Source of the DNA: Candidatus Omnitrophota bacterium
GTDB lineage: Bacteria > Omnitrophota > Omnitrophia > Omnitrophales > JACROU01
NCBI GenBank assembly: GCA_016214265.1
Contig: JACROU010000049.1
Span: 9,589-73,588, forward strand
Direction: 5' to 3'
DNA: 64,000 nucleotides
Shown: piece by piece, positions 30,046-39,071 of the stretch
How the letters are laid out: each line of letters opens with the position of its first letter
Position numbering within the stretch: position 1 is the first letter of the stretch
Program-made: the position numbers and the translations under genes
The notes under the pieces: model-generated
Databases searched by the model: none
Told to the model about the DNA's origin: nothing
What the model saw: the letters and a program-made list of their open reading frames with translations, nothing else

Positions 30046-31740
30046 ATGAATCGTCAAGAAATGCAGAGCTTATTGGTGGAAGAAGGCATCGTCAGTCGTG
30101 AGGCCATGGATCGAGCCCGTCTGCTTCAGGCAGAAAAAGGGGGAGAGCTTATTTACATTCTTGTGAATGAGGGGCTGATGAAGGAACGGGATTTTACCTG
30201 TTTTATGTCCCGTCATCTTGGAATACCATTTATTTCGCTTCCATCGATTCATCTTGTCCATGATCTGGTTCGTCTAATTCCACAAAAGTTGGCCTACCGA
30301 TACGACGCTATAGTTGTCAGTAAATTATCCAACATTCTTACTGTGGCTATGCCGGATCCTCTTAATATTCTTGCGATTGATGATTTGAAGCAGGCGACGG
30401 GACTGCAAATTATTCCGGTGCTAGCGTCAGTCAGTGAAATCAGAAATTGTCTGGATGAGCAATTCCAAACCTCAGAGCATCTTTCAGAAGTTATTGAGTC
30501 TGTAGAGGATAGTGATATCAAAGTGATTGAAGAATCGTCAGAAACAGAATTGATGGACGTAAAAGAAACAGACGTGCCGCTTATCCGAATGGTAAATCTT
30601 GTACTTCAAGACGCGATTAAACAGCGCGCTTCTGATATTCATTTTGAGCGGTATGAAGACAAGTTTCGAATTCGTTACCGCATTGACGGCGTATTAAAAG
30701 AAGCCGTAATGCCGCCGGTTCGAATGCATCCGACAGTGACTGCGCGACTTAAAATTTTGTCAACGCTTGATATCACCGAGAAAAGATTGCCACAGGATGG
30801 CCGGTTCAAAATCCGTCTCGGTAATAAAGAAATCAATTTTCGTGTTTCGGTTTTACCAACTTATTATGGTGAAAAGGTCGTGCTTCGCATTTTGGATACC
30901 ACCTCGCTTTCTTTTGGTTTGGAGCGTCTAGGATTTAACGCGGTAGATTTAAAAAAACTAAAAGAAGCTATCGAAAAACCGTACGGTATGATTTTGATTA
31001 CGGGGCCGACTGGAAGTGGTAAATCAACAACGCTGTATTCCATTTTAAGTAAATTGAATACATCCGAACGTAACATCATGACGATTGAAGATCCTGTGGA
31101 ATATCAGCTGGAAGGAATTACACAGACTCAAGTGCATCCAGAAATTGGACTTACGTTTGCCAACGGTCTTCGTTCTCTCTTGCGGCAGAATCCCGATATT
31201 ATTCTTGTTGGAGAAATTCGTGATGGTGAAACAGCAGATATTGCTGTAAAGGCGGCGCTGACGGGGCATTTGCTATTTAGCACACTTCATACCAACAGTG
31301 CGGCCGGGGCCATTACGCGGCTGGTGGATATGAATGTTGAGCCATTTTTGATAGGCGCCTCGCTTCTTATTTCCGTCGCTCAGCGTCTTTGCCGGCGGAT
31401 TTGTGAGAATTGCAAAGAAAAAGTGGATATTCCCAACAATGTGTTAAAGCGGCTTAAAATCAAAGATGATATTTGGGGCGATGGCAAGGCTTTTCAGGGA
31501 AAAGGATGCAACGTTTGTCATGGTACGGGCTATCTCGGACGAATGGCTTGCAGCGAATCGCTTATTGTTGATGACCCAATCCGGGAAATGATTCTGGCGC
31601 GAAAATCCAGTTTTGATATTCAGACTCATGCGATTAAAAATGGAATGAAGACTTTGTTCGAAGATGCCGTCGATAAGTTTGCGAAAGGTTATACGACGCT
31701 TCAGGAAGTTTTGAGAATTACTTCAGAAGAGATGATTTAA
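30046..31740 (+). CDS. pilB: Type IV pilus assembly ATPase PilB/GspE family (copy 2)
   Basis: ASDIHFE, RLPQDGR, GPTGSGKST, TIEDPVE, GEIRD, GHLLFSTLH, CENC/CNVC. Confidence 0.9.
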   Translation: MNRQEMQSLLVEEGIVSREAMDRARLLQAEKGGELIYILVNEGLMKERDFTCFMSRHLGIPFISLPSIHLVHDLVRLIPQKLAYRYDAIVVSKLSNILTVAMPDPLNILAIDDLKQATGLQIIPVLASVSEIRNCLDEQFQTSEHLSEVIESVEDSDIKVIEESSETELMDVKETDVPLIRMVNLVLQDAIKQRASDIHFERYEDKFRIRYRIDGVLKEAVMPPVRMHPTVTARLKILSTLDITEKRLPQDGRFKIRLGNKEINFRVSVLPTYYGEKVVLRILDTTSLSFGLERLGFNAVDLKKLKEAIEKPYGMILITGPTGSGKSTTLYSILSKLNTSERNIMTIEDPVEYQLEGITQTQVHPEIGLTFANGLRSLLRQNPDIILVGEIRDGETADIAVKAALTGHLLFSTLHTNSAAGAITRLVDMNVEPFLIGASLLISVAQRLCRRICENCKEKVDIPNNVLKRLKIKDDIWGDGKAFQGKGCNVCHGTGYLGRMACSESLIVDDPIREMILARKSSFDIQTHAIKNGMKTLFEDAVDKFAKGYTTLQEVLRITSEEMI

Positions 31741-31789
31741 TAACAGATCCGGAAGTGTTTTCGGATGCAAGACATACGGGAGGTTTGGA

Positions 31790-33016
31790 ATGCCCAAGTT
31801 TGAATATTTAGTCAAAGACTCTCAGGGACGAGACGTGAAAGGTATTCAGGAAGCGCAGGATGCCGGTTCCCTCATTGCGGATTTTCATAAACGTGGTTTT
31901 GTCATTGTTCAGATCAATCAGCTTAAAGAAACAGCCGGACTATTTTCCGTCAAACGTGAAGGAAGTAAAAAGCGGGGGAGAAAAATCAAATTAGAAGATA
32001 TGGTGGTTTTCTCAAGGCAACTTGCCACCATGATCAACGCCGGCGTTCCTCTGGTTCAGTCTCTGGATATTTTGGGTGAGCAAATGGACAACCCCTCATT
32101 TCAGGAGGTTGCCAGGAAGCTAAAATCGAGTGTTGAGGGCGGAAAAAGTTTCTCGGAAAGTCTGGATGAACACAAAAAGGTATTTTCGACCCTATTCATT
32201 AATATGGTGCGAGCGGGTGAATCGAGCGGAAAATTGGACGAAATTCTTGATCGATTATCCGCCTATATGGAGAAAACAAATGCTTTAATTAATAAAGTCC
32301 GGTCCGCGATGATTTATCCAGCGGTTGTTACGAGCGTAGCGTTGATTATAACTTATGCGATGTTTACTTTCGTAATCCCCAAGTTCGCGGAAATTTTTTC
32401 CACGCTAGACGCCAAACTTCCCTTGCCGACACAGATTGCTATCAGCGCCAGCTATTTTGTTCGAAAAAACTCATTATTTATTCTTGGGTCGATTGCGCTG
32501 ATCGTTTTTTTTCTTCGAACAATTGTCCGAACACGGAACGGGCGGTTGTGGTTTGACCGGACATTGTTAACGCTTCCGGTTGTGGGCCCGCTATTTGTCA
32601 AAGTTGCTGTTAGTAAATTTAGTCGCACGTTAGCCACACTAGTAAAGAGCGGCGTTCCGATTCTAACAGCTCTTGAAATTGTGTCCAAGACAGCTGGTAA
32701 TCTTCAAATTGAAATTGTGATTGATCAGCTTCGAACGTCGATCAAGGAGGGCGGCGGTATTGCCGGGCCGCTTTCAAAAAGCAAATATTTCCCGCCAATG
32801 GTAACCCGAATGATTGCCGTGGGTGAGGAGACAGGAGAAATGGAGCAGATGCTTGGAAAAATTGCAGATTTTTATGATCAGCAGGTAGACAACGCGGTGC
32901 AGGGAATTACGTCTCTGATCGAGCCGATGATCATCGTGTTTCTCGGTGTTGTGATTGGAGGAATTGTTATCGCCATGTTCTTGCCGATTTTGACGATTAC
33001 GCAAGCGATTAAGTAG
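31790..33016 (+). CDS. pilC: Type IV pilus inner-membrane platform protein PilC/GspF
   Basis: FSRQLATMINAGVPL, AGESSGKL, SAMIYP, VGEETG, LIEP; 3 TM segments. Confidence 0.93.
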   Translation: MPKFEYLVKDSQGRDVKGIQEAQDAGSLIADFHKRGFVIVQINQLKETAGLFSVKREGSKKRGRKIKLEDMVVFSRQLATMINAGVPLVQSLDILGEQMDNPSFQEVARKLKSSVEGGKSFSESLDEHKKVFSTLFINMVRAGESSGKLDEILDRLSAYMEKTNALINKVRSAMIYPAVVTSVALIITYAMFTFVIPKFAEIFSTLDAKLPLPTQIAISASYFVRKNSLFILGSIALIVFFLRTIVRTRNGRLWFDRTLLTLPVVGPLFVKVAVSKFSRTLATLVKSGVPILTALEIVSKTAGNLQIEIVIDQLRTSIKEGGGIAGPLSKSKYFPPMVTRMIAVGEETGEMEQMLGKIADFYDQQVDNAVQGITSLIEPMIIVFLGVVIGGIVIAMFLPILTITQAIK

Positions 33017-33026
33017 AGGGGGAGCA

Positions 33027-34268
33027 ATGGTTTTGGATGTATTCGTGCTTAATGTCAGAACGTTTATTGTGGCAAGGCTCCTCGTTGCTACGATTCTTTT
33101 GTGCCTGGGGTTCTGGACTTATCCTCAGCATCGGTGGCTCTTTTCCGTTCTCGTTATTTTTCTTTGTGTTCTTAGCATTGTTTATATCCTGTGGTTTTTG
33201 TCCGGCAAGAAAATTCGAGGATTGGCTTATACCCAAATTTTGATTGATCTGATTTGGGAAAGTGCTTTGGTGCACTTTACCGGTGGGATAGACAGTGTCT
33301 TTATTGTTTTTTACGTGATTACAATTTTGGGTTCTGCATTGGTTCTTCCGGCGAAAGGGAGTATCTGGACGACACTATTAACCTGCATTATTTTTAGCTT
33401 ATTAATTTTATTCGAGTTCGTTAATTTAAATTTTCCTGGGCATTTTATTTTAAGGCGTTATTACAATCTCAGAGACTGGTTTCCAATATTTTATCTTGCG
33501 CTAGTGAGGATGACAATTTTTGGGATCGTGGGTTATCTGGGAACTTATTTATCAGTCCGGATATACAATTTGGAAAAAAAGCTTAAAAATCAGGAACAAT
33601 TGACTAATTTAGGCGAGCTAACGGCGAGAATTGCTCACGAAATAAAAAATCCTCTAACAGCGATTAGCGGTACAGTTGAGGTGTTAAGTAAAGAGCTAGA
33701 ACCGCAGCTTTCTGATGAGAACAAGCATTTGATGCAAAGCGTTGTCAAAGAGACGCGAAGGTTAAAAAATATCTTAACTTCAATTCTAGATTATTCACGT
33801 GTGGATACGGTACATCGGGAATATTTTGATTTATCGCAAGCGATTGAGGAAGTGCTTGCGGTGGCCGGTAATGCGCCTCAGAAAAATGGGAAGGTGCATA
33901 TCATTAAGACATTTGATAGAAAGCCGTTAAGATTTTACGGAGATTCAAACCGTATTAAACAAATGCTGTTCAATTTGGTTCTCAACGCTTATGAGGCAAT
34001 GCCCGTGGGCGGGGATTTGGTGTTGACAATCCGAAGCGAGGGGGAAGAACAGGTTGTGATTTCCATCATGGATAGTGGAAAGGGCATTTCAAAAGAAATG
34101 CAGAAGGTTCTGTTTCAGCCGTTCCATTCCACAAAACATGGTGGAACAGGTTTGGGCTTAGCCATTGTGCAAAAAATTGTAGAAAACCATGGCGGTAAAA
34201 TTACGGTTCGAAGCCAGGCTGGATTAGGAACGGAATTTATTATTCAACTGCCTTTGTTAGCAAAGTGA
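33027..34268 (+). CDS. pilS: Membrane sensor histidine kinase, PilS-like
   Basis: About 6 TM N-terminus with FTGGIDS PilS signature, H-box IAHEIKNPL, N-box NLVLNA, DSGKGI, GTGLGL. Confidence 0.85.
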   Translation: MVLDVFVLNVRTFIVARLLVATILLCLGFWTYPQHRWLFSVLVIFLCVLSIVYILWFLSGKKIRGLAYTQILIDLIWESALVHFTGGIDSVFIVFYVITILGSALVLPAKGSIWTTLLTCIIFSLLILFEFVNLNFPGHFILRRYYNLRDWFPIFYLALVRMTIFGIVGYLGTYLSVRIYNLEKKLKNQEQLTNLGELTARIAHEIKNPLTAISGTVEVLSKELEPQLSDENKHLMQSVVKETRRLKNILTSILDYSRVDTVHREYFDLSQAIEEVLAVAGNAPQKNGKVHIIKTFDRKPLRFYGDSNRIKQMLFNLVLNAYEAMPVGGDLVLTIRSEGEEQVVISIMDSGKGISKEMQKVLFQPFHSTKHGGTGLGLAIVQKIVENHGGKITVRSQAGLGTEFIIQLPLLAK

Positions 34269-35655
34269 AATATATGGATAAGAAAACGATACCGGTCATG
34301 ATTATCGATGATGAAGAAAGTATACTTAATTTTATGAGCAAGGCTCTGAAGAAGGAAGGCTACGAGCCGCATTGTTTTGTGGAGCCGCGCCTTGCGACGG
34401 CGAAGCTCTCGACGGTAAATCCACAAATCGTGATTACTGATATTGTGATGCCTACTATGAACGGCCTCCAGGTTTTGGAAGCGGTGAAGCAATTTAATGT
34501 GGAGACTAATGTGATTTTGATTACGGCTCATGCCTCAGTGGAATCTGCGATTTCCGCCATGAGGGGAGGTGCTTTTGATTACATTACGAAACCATTTGAG
34601 ATTGATGAATTAGTAGTGACGCTGAAAAGGGCGTTGAGTTCGAAACGACTAAATACGGTTTTTCCCGCAATTGAGAAGAAGACTCAATCCATGTATCAGG
34701 TTTCCAAATTGATCGGCAACAGCCCTAAGATGCACGAGATTTACCGGCTATTGGAAAAGGTTGCTAAGTCAGACAGTACGGTATTGGTGGTTGGCGAGAG
34801 CGGCACGGGAAAAGAAATGGTGGCGAGGGCGATTCATTACAGTTCTCCCCGAAAGTCAAATCCGTTTGTAAGCGTTAACTGTGCGTCATTGCCTGATCAG
34901 TTGCTTGAAAGCGAATTGTTTGGTCACGAGAAAGGTTCATTCACGGGAGCGTTGGCAACAAAACCAGGATTACTTGAGTTGGCTCACGGAGGCTCGTTTT
35001 TGCTTGATGAAGTGGGGGATATGTCATTGCCGGTTCAGGCGAAACTGCTCCGGGCTCTCCAGGAGCGTGAAATAAAACGGGTGGGAGGTATCGAAAACAT
35101 TCCTGTCGATGTCCGGATCATTGCTGCCACCAGCAAGGATCTACAAGCTGAAATCGAAAAGAAAAATTTTCGGGAAGATTTGTTTTACCGCCTCAATGTT
35201 ATCCCGATTTTTTTGCCTCCTTTAAGAGAACGTCGTGAGGACATCCCTGAATTGATATCGCATTTTATCGGATATCTAAAAGAAAAATATCATATGCCCA
35301 AAGAATTGGAGTTTTTGCCAGACGGAATGGATTACTTAATGACTTATCATTGGCCGGGCAATATTCGCGAGTTAGAAAATATCGTTGAAAGAATTTTTAT
35401 GCTCGCCGAAAAAAAATCGCTTGGCAGAGATGATATTGTTCAGCTGTTGGGCACAGAATTGCGTTCTGTGAAGGATATGACGCGCGGCGGTACGATGCTG
35501 ATCGAACTCAAAAATGAAACCGAGAACGTTTTGAAAAGAAGGCGATTGAGCAGGCACTCGAGCAATCGCATGGAAATAAACTTCAGGCAGCTAAACGGCT
35601 TCATATTAGTCGTCAGACGCTGCAGTATAAAATCAAAAAGTACAACTTGGAATAG
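34265..35655 (+). pseudogene. pilR: Sigma54-dependent response regulator PilR-like, frameshifted before the HTH (real mutation or assembly error)
   Basis: REC domain (IIDDE, TDIVMP), AAA+ GESGTGKE, GSFTGA (GAFTGA-like), WPGNIREL; the Fis-type HTH FEKKAIEQALEQSHGNKLQAAKRLHISRQTLQYKIKKYNLE* lies in the -1 frame from about 35530 to TAG 35653-55. Confidence 0.8.
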
Positions 35656-35790
35656 GCCAGTTTTTAGGACAAAGTGCAAAATTTTTTTACATTCGGAAGT
35701 TGGTAAGGCTGTTTTTGACAAAATAAAAAGCTTCAGACTATATAGAAATAACCCGAAAATTATAAACGCTTAGTTGGCATCCTATTTGTT
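35655..35790 (+). promoter_or_regulatory. Sigma54-type (-24/-12) promoter of the pilin gene with upstream enhancer-like sites
   Basis: TTGGCATCCTATTTGT (GG 35776-77, N10, GT instead of GC at 35788-89); imperfect palindrome TGCAAAATTTTTTTACA at 35675-91 with related 17-mers at 35655 and 35704; directly downstream of a PilR-like activator. Confidence 0.6.
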
Positions 35791-35834
35791 GCCATAAATA
35801 CGTACCATGATTTTCCAAAGGAGGTAATCATAAA

Positions 35835-36272
35835 ATGTTAACTAAATTAAATTCCAAAAAAGGATTTACCCTCGTAGAAATTATGATTGTGGTGGCCATT
35901 ATTGGTTTGTTAGCGGCTATCGCAATTCCTAACCTCTTGAGGGCTCGTTTGAACGCGAATGAATCAGCAGCAAAATCGTCACTCCGTACGTTGAGCACAG
36001 CTTGTGAAAGTTTCAGGGCTGCACAGAATCCGCCGAGTTATCCGGCGAATTTAGCCGCGCTCTCTGGAGCAAATCCACCGTATATCGATGCAACACTGGC
36101 TGGCGGAACTAAACAAGGCTATACATTCACTTATACTTTGGTGAACGTAAATCAATATACGTGCACAGCTGCGCCGACAACGGCTAATATTACTGGAGTG
36201 AATACTTTTTTTGTTGATGAAACGGGGGTGATTCGCTTTAACAATGCTGCGGGTAACCCAATAGAAGGCTAA
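35835..36272 (+). CDS. pilA: Type IVa major pilin
   Basis: Class III signal MLTKLNSKKG|FTLVEIMIVVAIIGLLAAIAIP with E5; strong SD AAGGAGGT; own promoter and terminator. Confidence 0.88.
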   Translation: MLTKLNSKKGFTLVEIMIVVAIIGLLAAIAIPNLLRARLNANESAAKSSLRTLSTACESFRAAQNPPSYPANLAALSGANPPYIDATLAGGTKQGYTFTYTLVNVNQYTCTAAPTTANITGVNTFFVDETGVIRFNNAAGNPIEG

Positions 36273-36291
36273 TTCTCTTTCGAATACATTG

Positions 36292-36332
36292 GGGCACTAT
36301 CTCAAATGGTAGTGCCCTGGTGTATTTTCTTA
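36292..36332 (+). terminator. Stem-loop after the pilin gene (partial terminator or mRNA-stabilising hairpin)
   Basis: GGGCACTAT-ctcaaatg-GTAGTGCCC followed by T-rich sequence. Confidence 0.6.
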
Positions 36333-36359
36333 TTTCAAGGATGAGTGTGAGAATAATCA

Positions 36360-37445
36360 ATGTCGAACACGGAATTGAAGTCAACAATCTCTAGGGCTGG
36401 TAGCGAACTTTTTCAAAAAGCTCGCGAGTTAGTGCGTCCTGAAATTGCCCGTTTTTCCACAGGCCTTCACATCGGTAAACAAAACATTATTCTGAGCGAG
36501 TTTGAAATAAAAAAAGATGAAACTATTCTCCTGAATTTAACTCACGAAAAAACCGCAGCTTCTTCTGATCGAAATTTGGAATTGTTGACCCGGCTTTATG
36601 CCAAAGAAGGTTATGAATTTCAGCATGTCGCGGTTTCGGTTCCGCGTGAATCCGCAGTAGTTCGCATTATTACCTTTCCGTTGATGGATGAAAAACAATT
36701 AAAAACTTCGCTCGAGTTTGAAGCAGAAAAATATGTCCCCTTTAATCTTTCGGAGATTTATTTTGATTGTCAGTCGCTGATGGGTAAAGAGCAGCGATCA
36801 GGCATGCGGCAGATGAAAGTGCTTCTGGCGGCATGTAAGCGGGATGTCATTATGGGGTTGATTCAGCAGATACAGAAAGCACGGGGACAAGTGGATGCTA
36901 TCAATTTAGATTCACTGGCCACTCTTAATGCTTTCCTCCGAACACAGGCCAAAGAACCTCTACCATCATCGGCGCTTCTGGATATTGGAACAAATGTTTC
37001 TAATTTGAGTTTGATGGAAAATAATCAAATTGTTTTCTTGCGCGATATTTCATTTGGCGGTGCTGATTTGTCTCAGACACTCACAAAAAACCTTCAGATT
37101 TCAGCAGATGAGGCAGAGGCAGTTAAGACCGGCGTTCAGGCCGGAACCGCCCCTTATGAGCCGCTGCTGCGAGCGGTTATCGAAAAAATTATTCACGAAG
37201 TCAAAATTACGATTCATTACGTTGAAGGACAATTGGGTAAACCCATGAATATGAAACAACTGCATCTTGCCGGCGGAATGGCTCGAAATCCACTTCTTCA
37301 AGAGTCAATTCGGAATTTGCTCGGATTAGAGCCTGTAATTTGGGATCCGCTTAAAGGAGTCAAGATTGCAAGTTGGGTGAACGCAGATTTGGTTAAGGAA
37401 TTCGAGACGGTGCTTCCAGTCAGCGTGGGATTGGCGCTTAGTTGA
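36360..37445 (+). CDS. pilM: Type IV pilus assembly protein PilM
   Basis: Actin-like fold: EAEKYVPF, VLLAACKR, LLDIG, FGGADL, AEAVK, LAGG, VGLAL; heads the MNOPQ cluster. Confidence 0.85.
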   Translation: MSNTELKSTISRAGSELFQKARELVRPEIARFSTGLHIGKQNIILSEFEIKKDETILLNLTHEKTAASSDRNLELLTRLYAKEGYEFQHVAVSVPRESAVVRIITFPLMDEKQLKTSLEFEAEKYVPFNLSEIYFDCQSLMGKEQRSGMRQMKVLLAACKRDVIMGLIQQIQKARGQVDAINLDSLATLNAFLRTQAKEPLPSSALLDIGTNVSNLSLMENNQIVFLRDISFGGADLSQTLTKNLQISADEAEAVKTGVQAGTAPYEPLLRAVIEKIIHEVKITIHYVEGQLGKPMNMKQLHLAGGMARNPLLQESIRNLLGLEPVIWDPLKGVKIASWVNADLVKEFETVLPVSVGLALS

Positions 37446-37457
37446 TAGGGCGAAACT

Positions 37458-38114
37458 ATGATTACAATTAATTTGCTTCCGACAGAATTTCGCAGAAAAA
37501 TCGAACAACCCCATGTTATCTCTTTGCGGTTTGGGATGATAGTGGCATGTCTCATAGTGTTTGTTTTGTGGATTAGTCTGGCTTTTATGGTAGGCACAGC
37601 AAAAAGAGAAATGGACAATATGTCCGGCGATTGGAAACGGTTGGAGACTGGATCTAAGGAAGCAGACAAGATTATGCTAGATATTAATCAGAATTTTTTA
37701 GAGCGCAAGAAAACTTGTGATCTCATTTCCATATCTGATATGTCATGGGCTTACGTTTTGAATCAAATAAGCGATTTGATTCCCGATAGTGCCTGGCTTA
37801 GGAAAATCAAACTATCCTCATCTGGAATGGATGAGTGGGAATTTTGGATGAAAGGAATTGAGAAAGCGCCTGAAGATGAGCCGGCGATTAAATCTATTGG
37901 TCATTATATCAGCGCGATTAAGCCGACCTTAGAGCAGGATGAAAAGCAAAAAACAAAAACTGCTGTACCGGGAGCGGGTTCCAGAGAATTGAACGTGCAA
38001 ACATCGACGGCACAGGAAACAATCAATAACAATGTGCTGACTTCGTTTGAGGCGACTTTTACGATGAAAGGCAAGCAAGATGAAAGTGTTCGGGATAAAC
38101 ATAAATCTTCCTGA
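37458..38114 (+). CDS. pilN: Type IV pilus assembly protein PilN
   Basis: N-terminal INLLP motif, one TM, coiled coil, W..VL..ISDLIPDSAWL. Confidence 0.8.
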   Translation: MITINLLPTEFRRKIEQPHVISLRFGMIVACLIVFVLWISLAFMVGTAKREMDNMSGDWKRLETGSKEADKIMLDINQNFLERKKTCDLISISDMSWAYVLNQISDLIPDSAWLRKIKLSSSGMDEWEFWMKGIEKAPEDEPAIKSIGHYISAIKPTLEQDEKQKTKTAVPGAGSRELNVQTSTAQETINNNVLTSFEATFTMKGKQDESVRDKHKSS

Positions 38115-38682
38115 TCTGAAGTTTGCGGATCCAAAAGAAGCGAAATTCATCGCGATGACGGGAGGTATTGTCCTTGTCGCGCTTCTGATCGGGGTTGTGC
38201 CGAATATTTATCAGCTTTTCCATGTCACGTCAAAAATAACTCAAATGAAATCGAAGTCGCGAATTGCAGAGGAAAAAATTAAAAATCTACCACAACTCAG
38301 AAATAAGTTAAAAGCATACGTTTCTCAAATCGACGAACTTGAAGAGCAGTTTTTTGATGTGGATCAGGTTGCCGAACTGATTGGAATGATTTCAGAATTA
38401 GCGAAGGAATCCGGGGTGATCATTCTTTCATCCAAGCAGTTCGAATATAAAGGAAACGATGTTGTTGCCAAGAATCCATTTTATAAACCTATCTTGTTGA
38501 AGCTCGAGCTAGAGGGTCGCTATCACAATTTTGGTAAATTCGTGAATTTGCTGGAGCGGCATTCCAAACTAATCCTTCTTTCGGAGATGAGCATTGAACA
38601 GTCGGAAAAGAAAAAAGATGCACTTGCGATTGAGCTGAGTATTCTGACCTTTTTGAAAGTGGGGCGGGAGGTTTCATCATGA
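38080..38682 (+). CDS. pilO: Type IV pilus assembly protein PilO
   Basis: TM + coiled coil, ELAKESGV, LEGRYHNFGKFVNLLE. Confidence 0.82.
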   Translation: MKVFGININLPDLKFADPKEAKFIAMTGGIVLVALLIGVVPNIYQLFHVTSKITQMKSKSRIAEEKIKNLPQLRNKLKAYVSQIDELEEQFFDVDQVAELIGMISELAKESGVIILSSKQFEYKGNDVVAKNPFYKPILLKLELEGRYHNFGKFVNLLERHSKLILLSEMSIEQSEKKKDALAIELSILTFLKVGREVSS

Positions 38683-39032
38683 AAAAGATTCTGCTTGTGC
38701 TGGTTATATTGTCCGGAGCGTTTATTCAGGGGCAATTTTTGATAGCTTCACAGGATGGATTTTTGTATGATAGCCATAAGCATCGTGATCCTTTTGTCCC
38801 TTTGATAGGCCCCGGAGCTCAGGCTGGCGATCAACCAGATCTTTCAGTATCGAGCATTAAGCTAGAAGGTATTGTGGTCGATCCTAAACAAGGCTCGTTT
38901 GTCATGGTTGATGGCGAGGTTTATGAGGAAGGGCACAAGATCGGTCCTTATTTGATTGAAAAAATTGAAGCAAAACGGGTAATTTTGAAATATAATAAAG
39001 AACATTACGAGCTGCGTTTAAGCGAAGATTAA
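38679..39032 (+). CDS. pilP: PilP-like pilus assembly protein
   Basis: Signal peptide, RDPFVP motif, LEGIV beta domain; lies between pilO and the secretin. Confidence 0.7.
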   Translation: MKKILLVLVILSGAFIQGQFLIASQDGFLYDSHKHRDPFVPLIGPGAQAGDQPDLSVSSIKLEGIVVDPKQGSFVMVDGEVYEEGHKIGPYLIEKIEAKRVILKYNKEHYELRLSED

Positions 39033-39071
39033 TTATCCGTAACCTCATAAGTATCCACAATTAAGGATTGC

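Noticed and set aside
35505-35540. Programmed -1 ribosomal frameshift in pilR
   Set aside because: No X_XXY_YYZ heptamer in the permissible interval; the A-run at CTC AAA AAT is followed at once by a -1 frame stop
35530-35773. C-terminal 80 aa of the 502-aa ORF as a novel PilR domain
   Set aside because: Read-through in the wrong frame; the true HTH is in the -1 frame and this stretch runs over the pilin promoter
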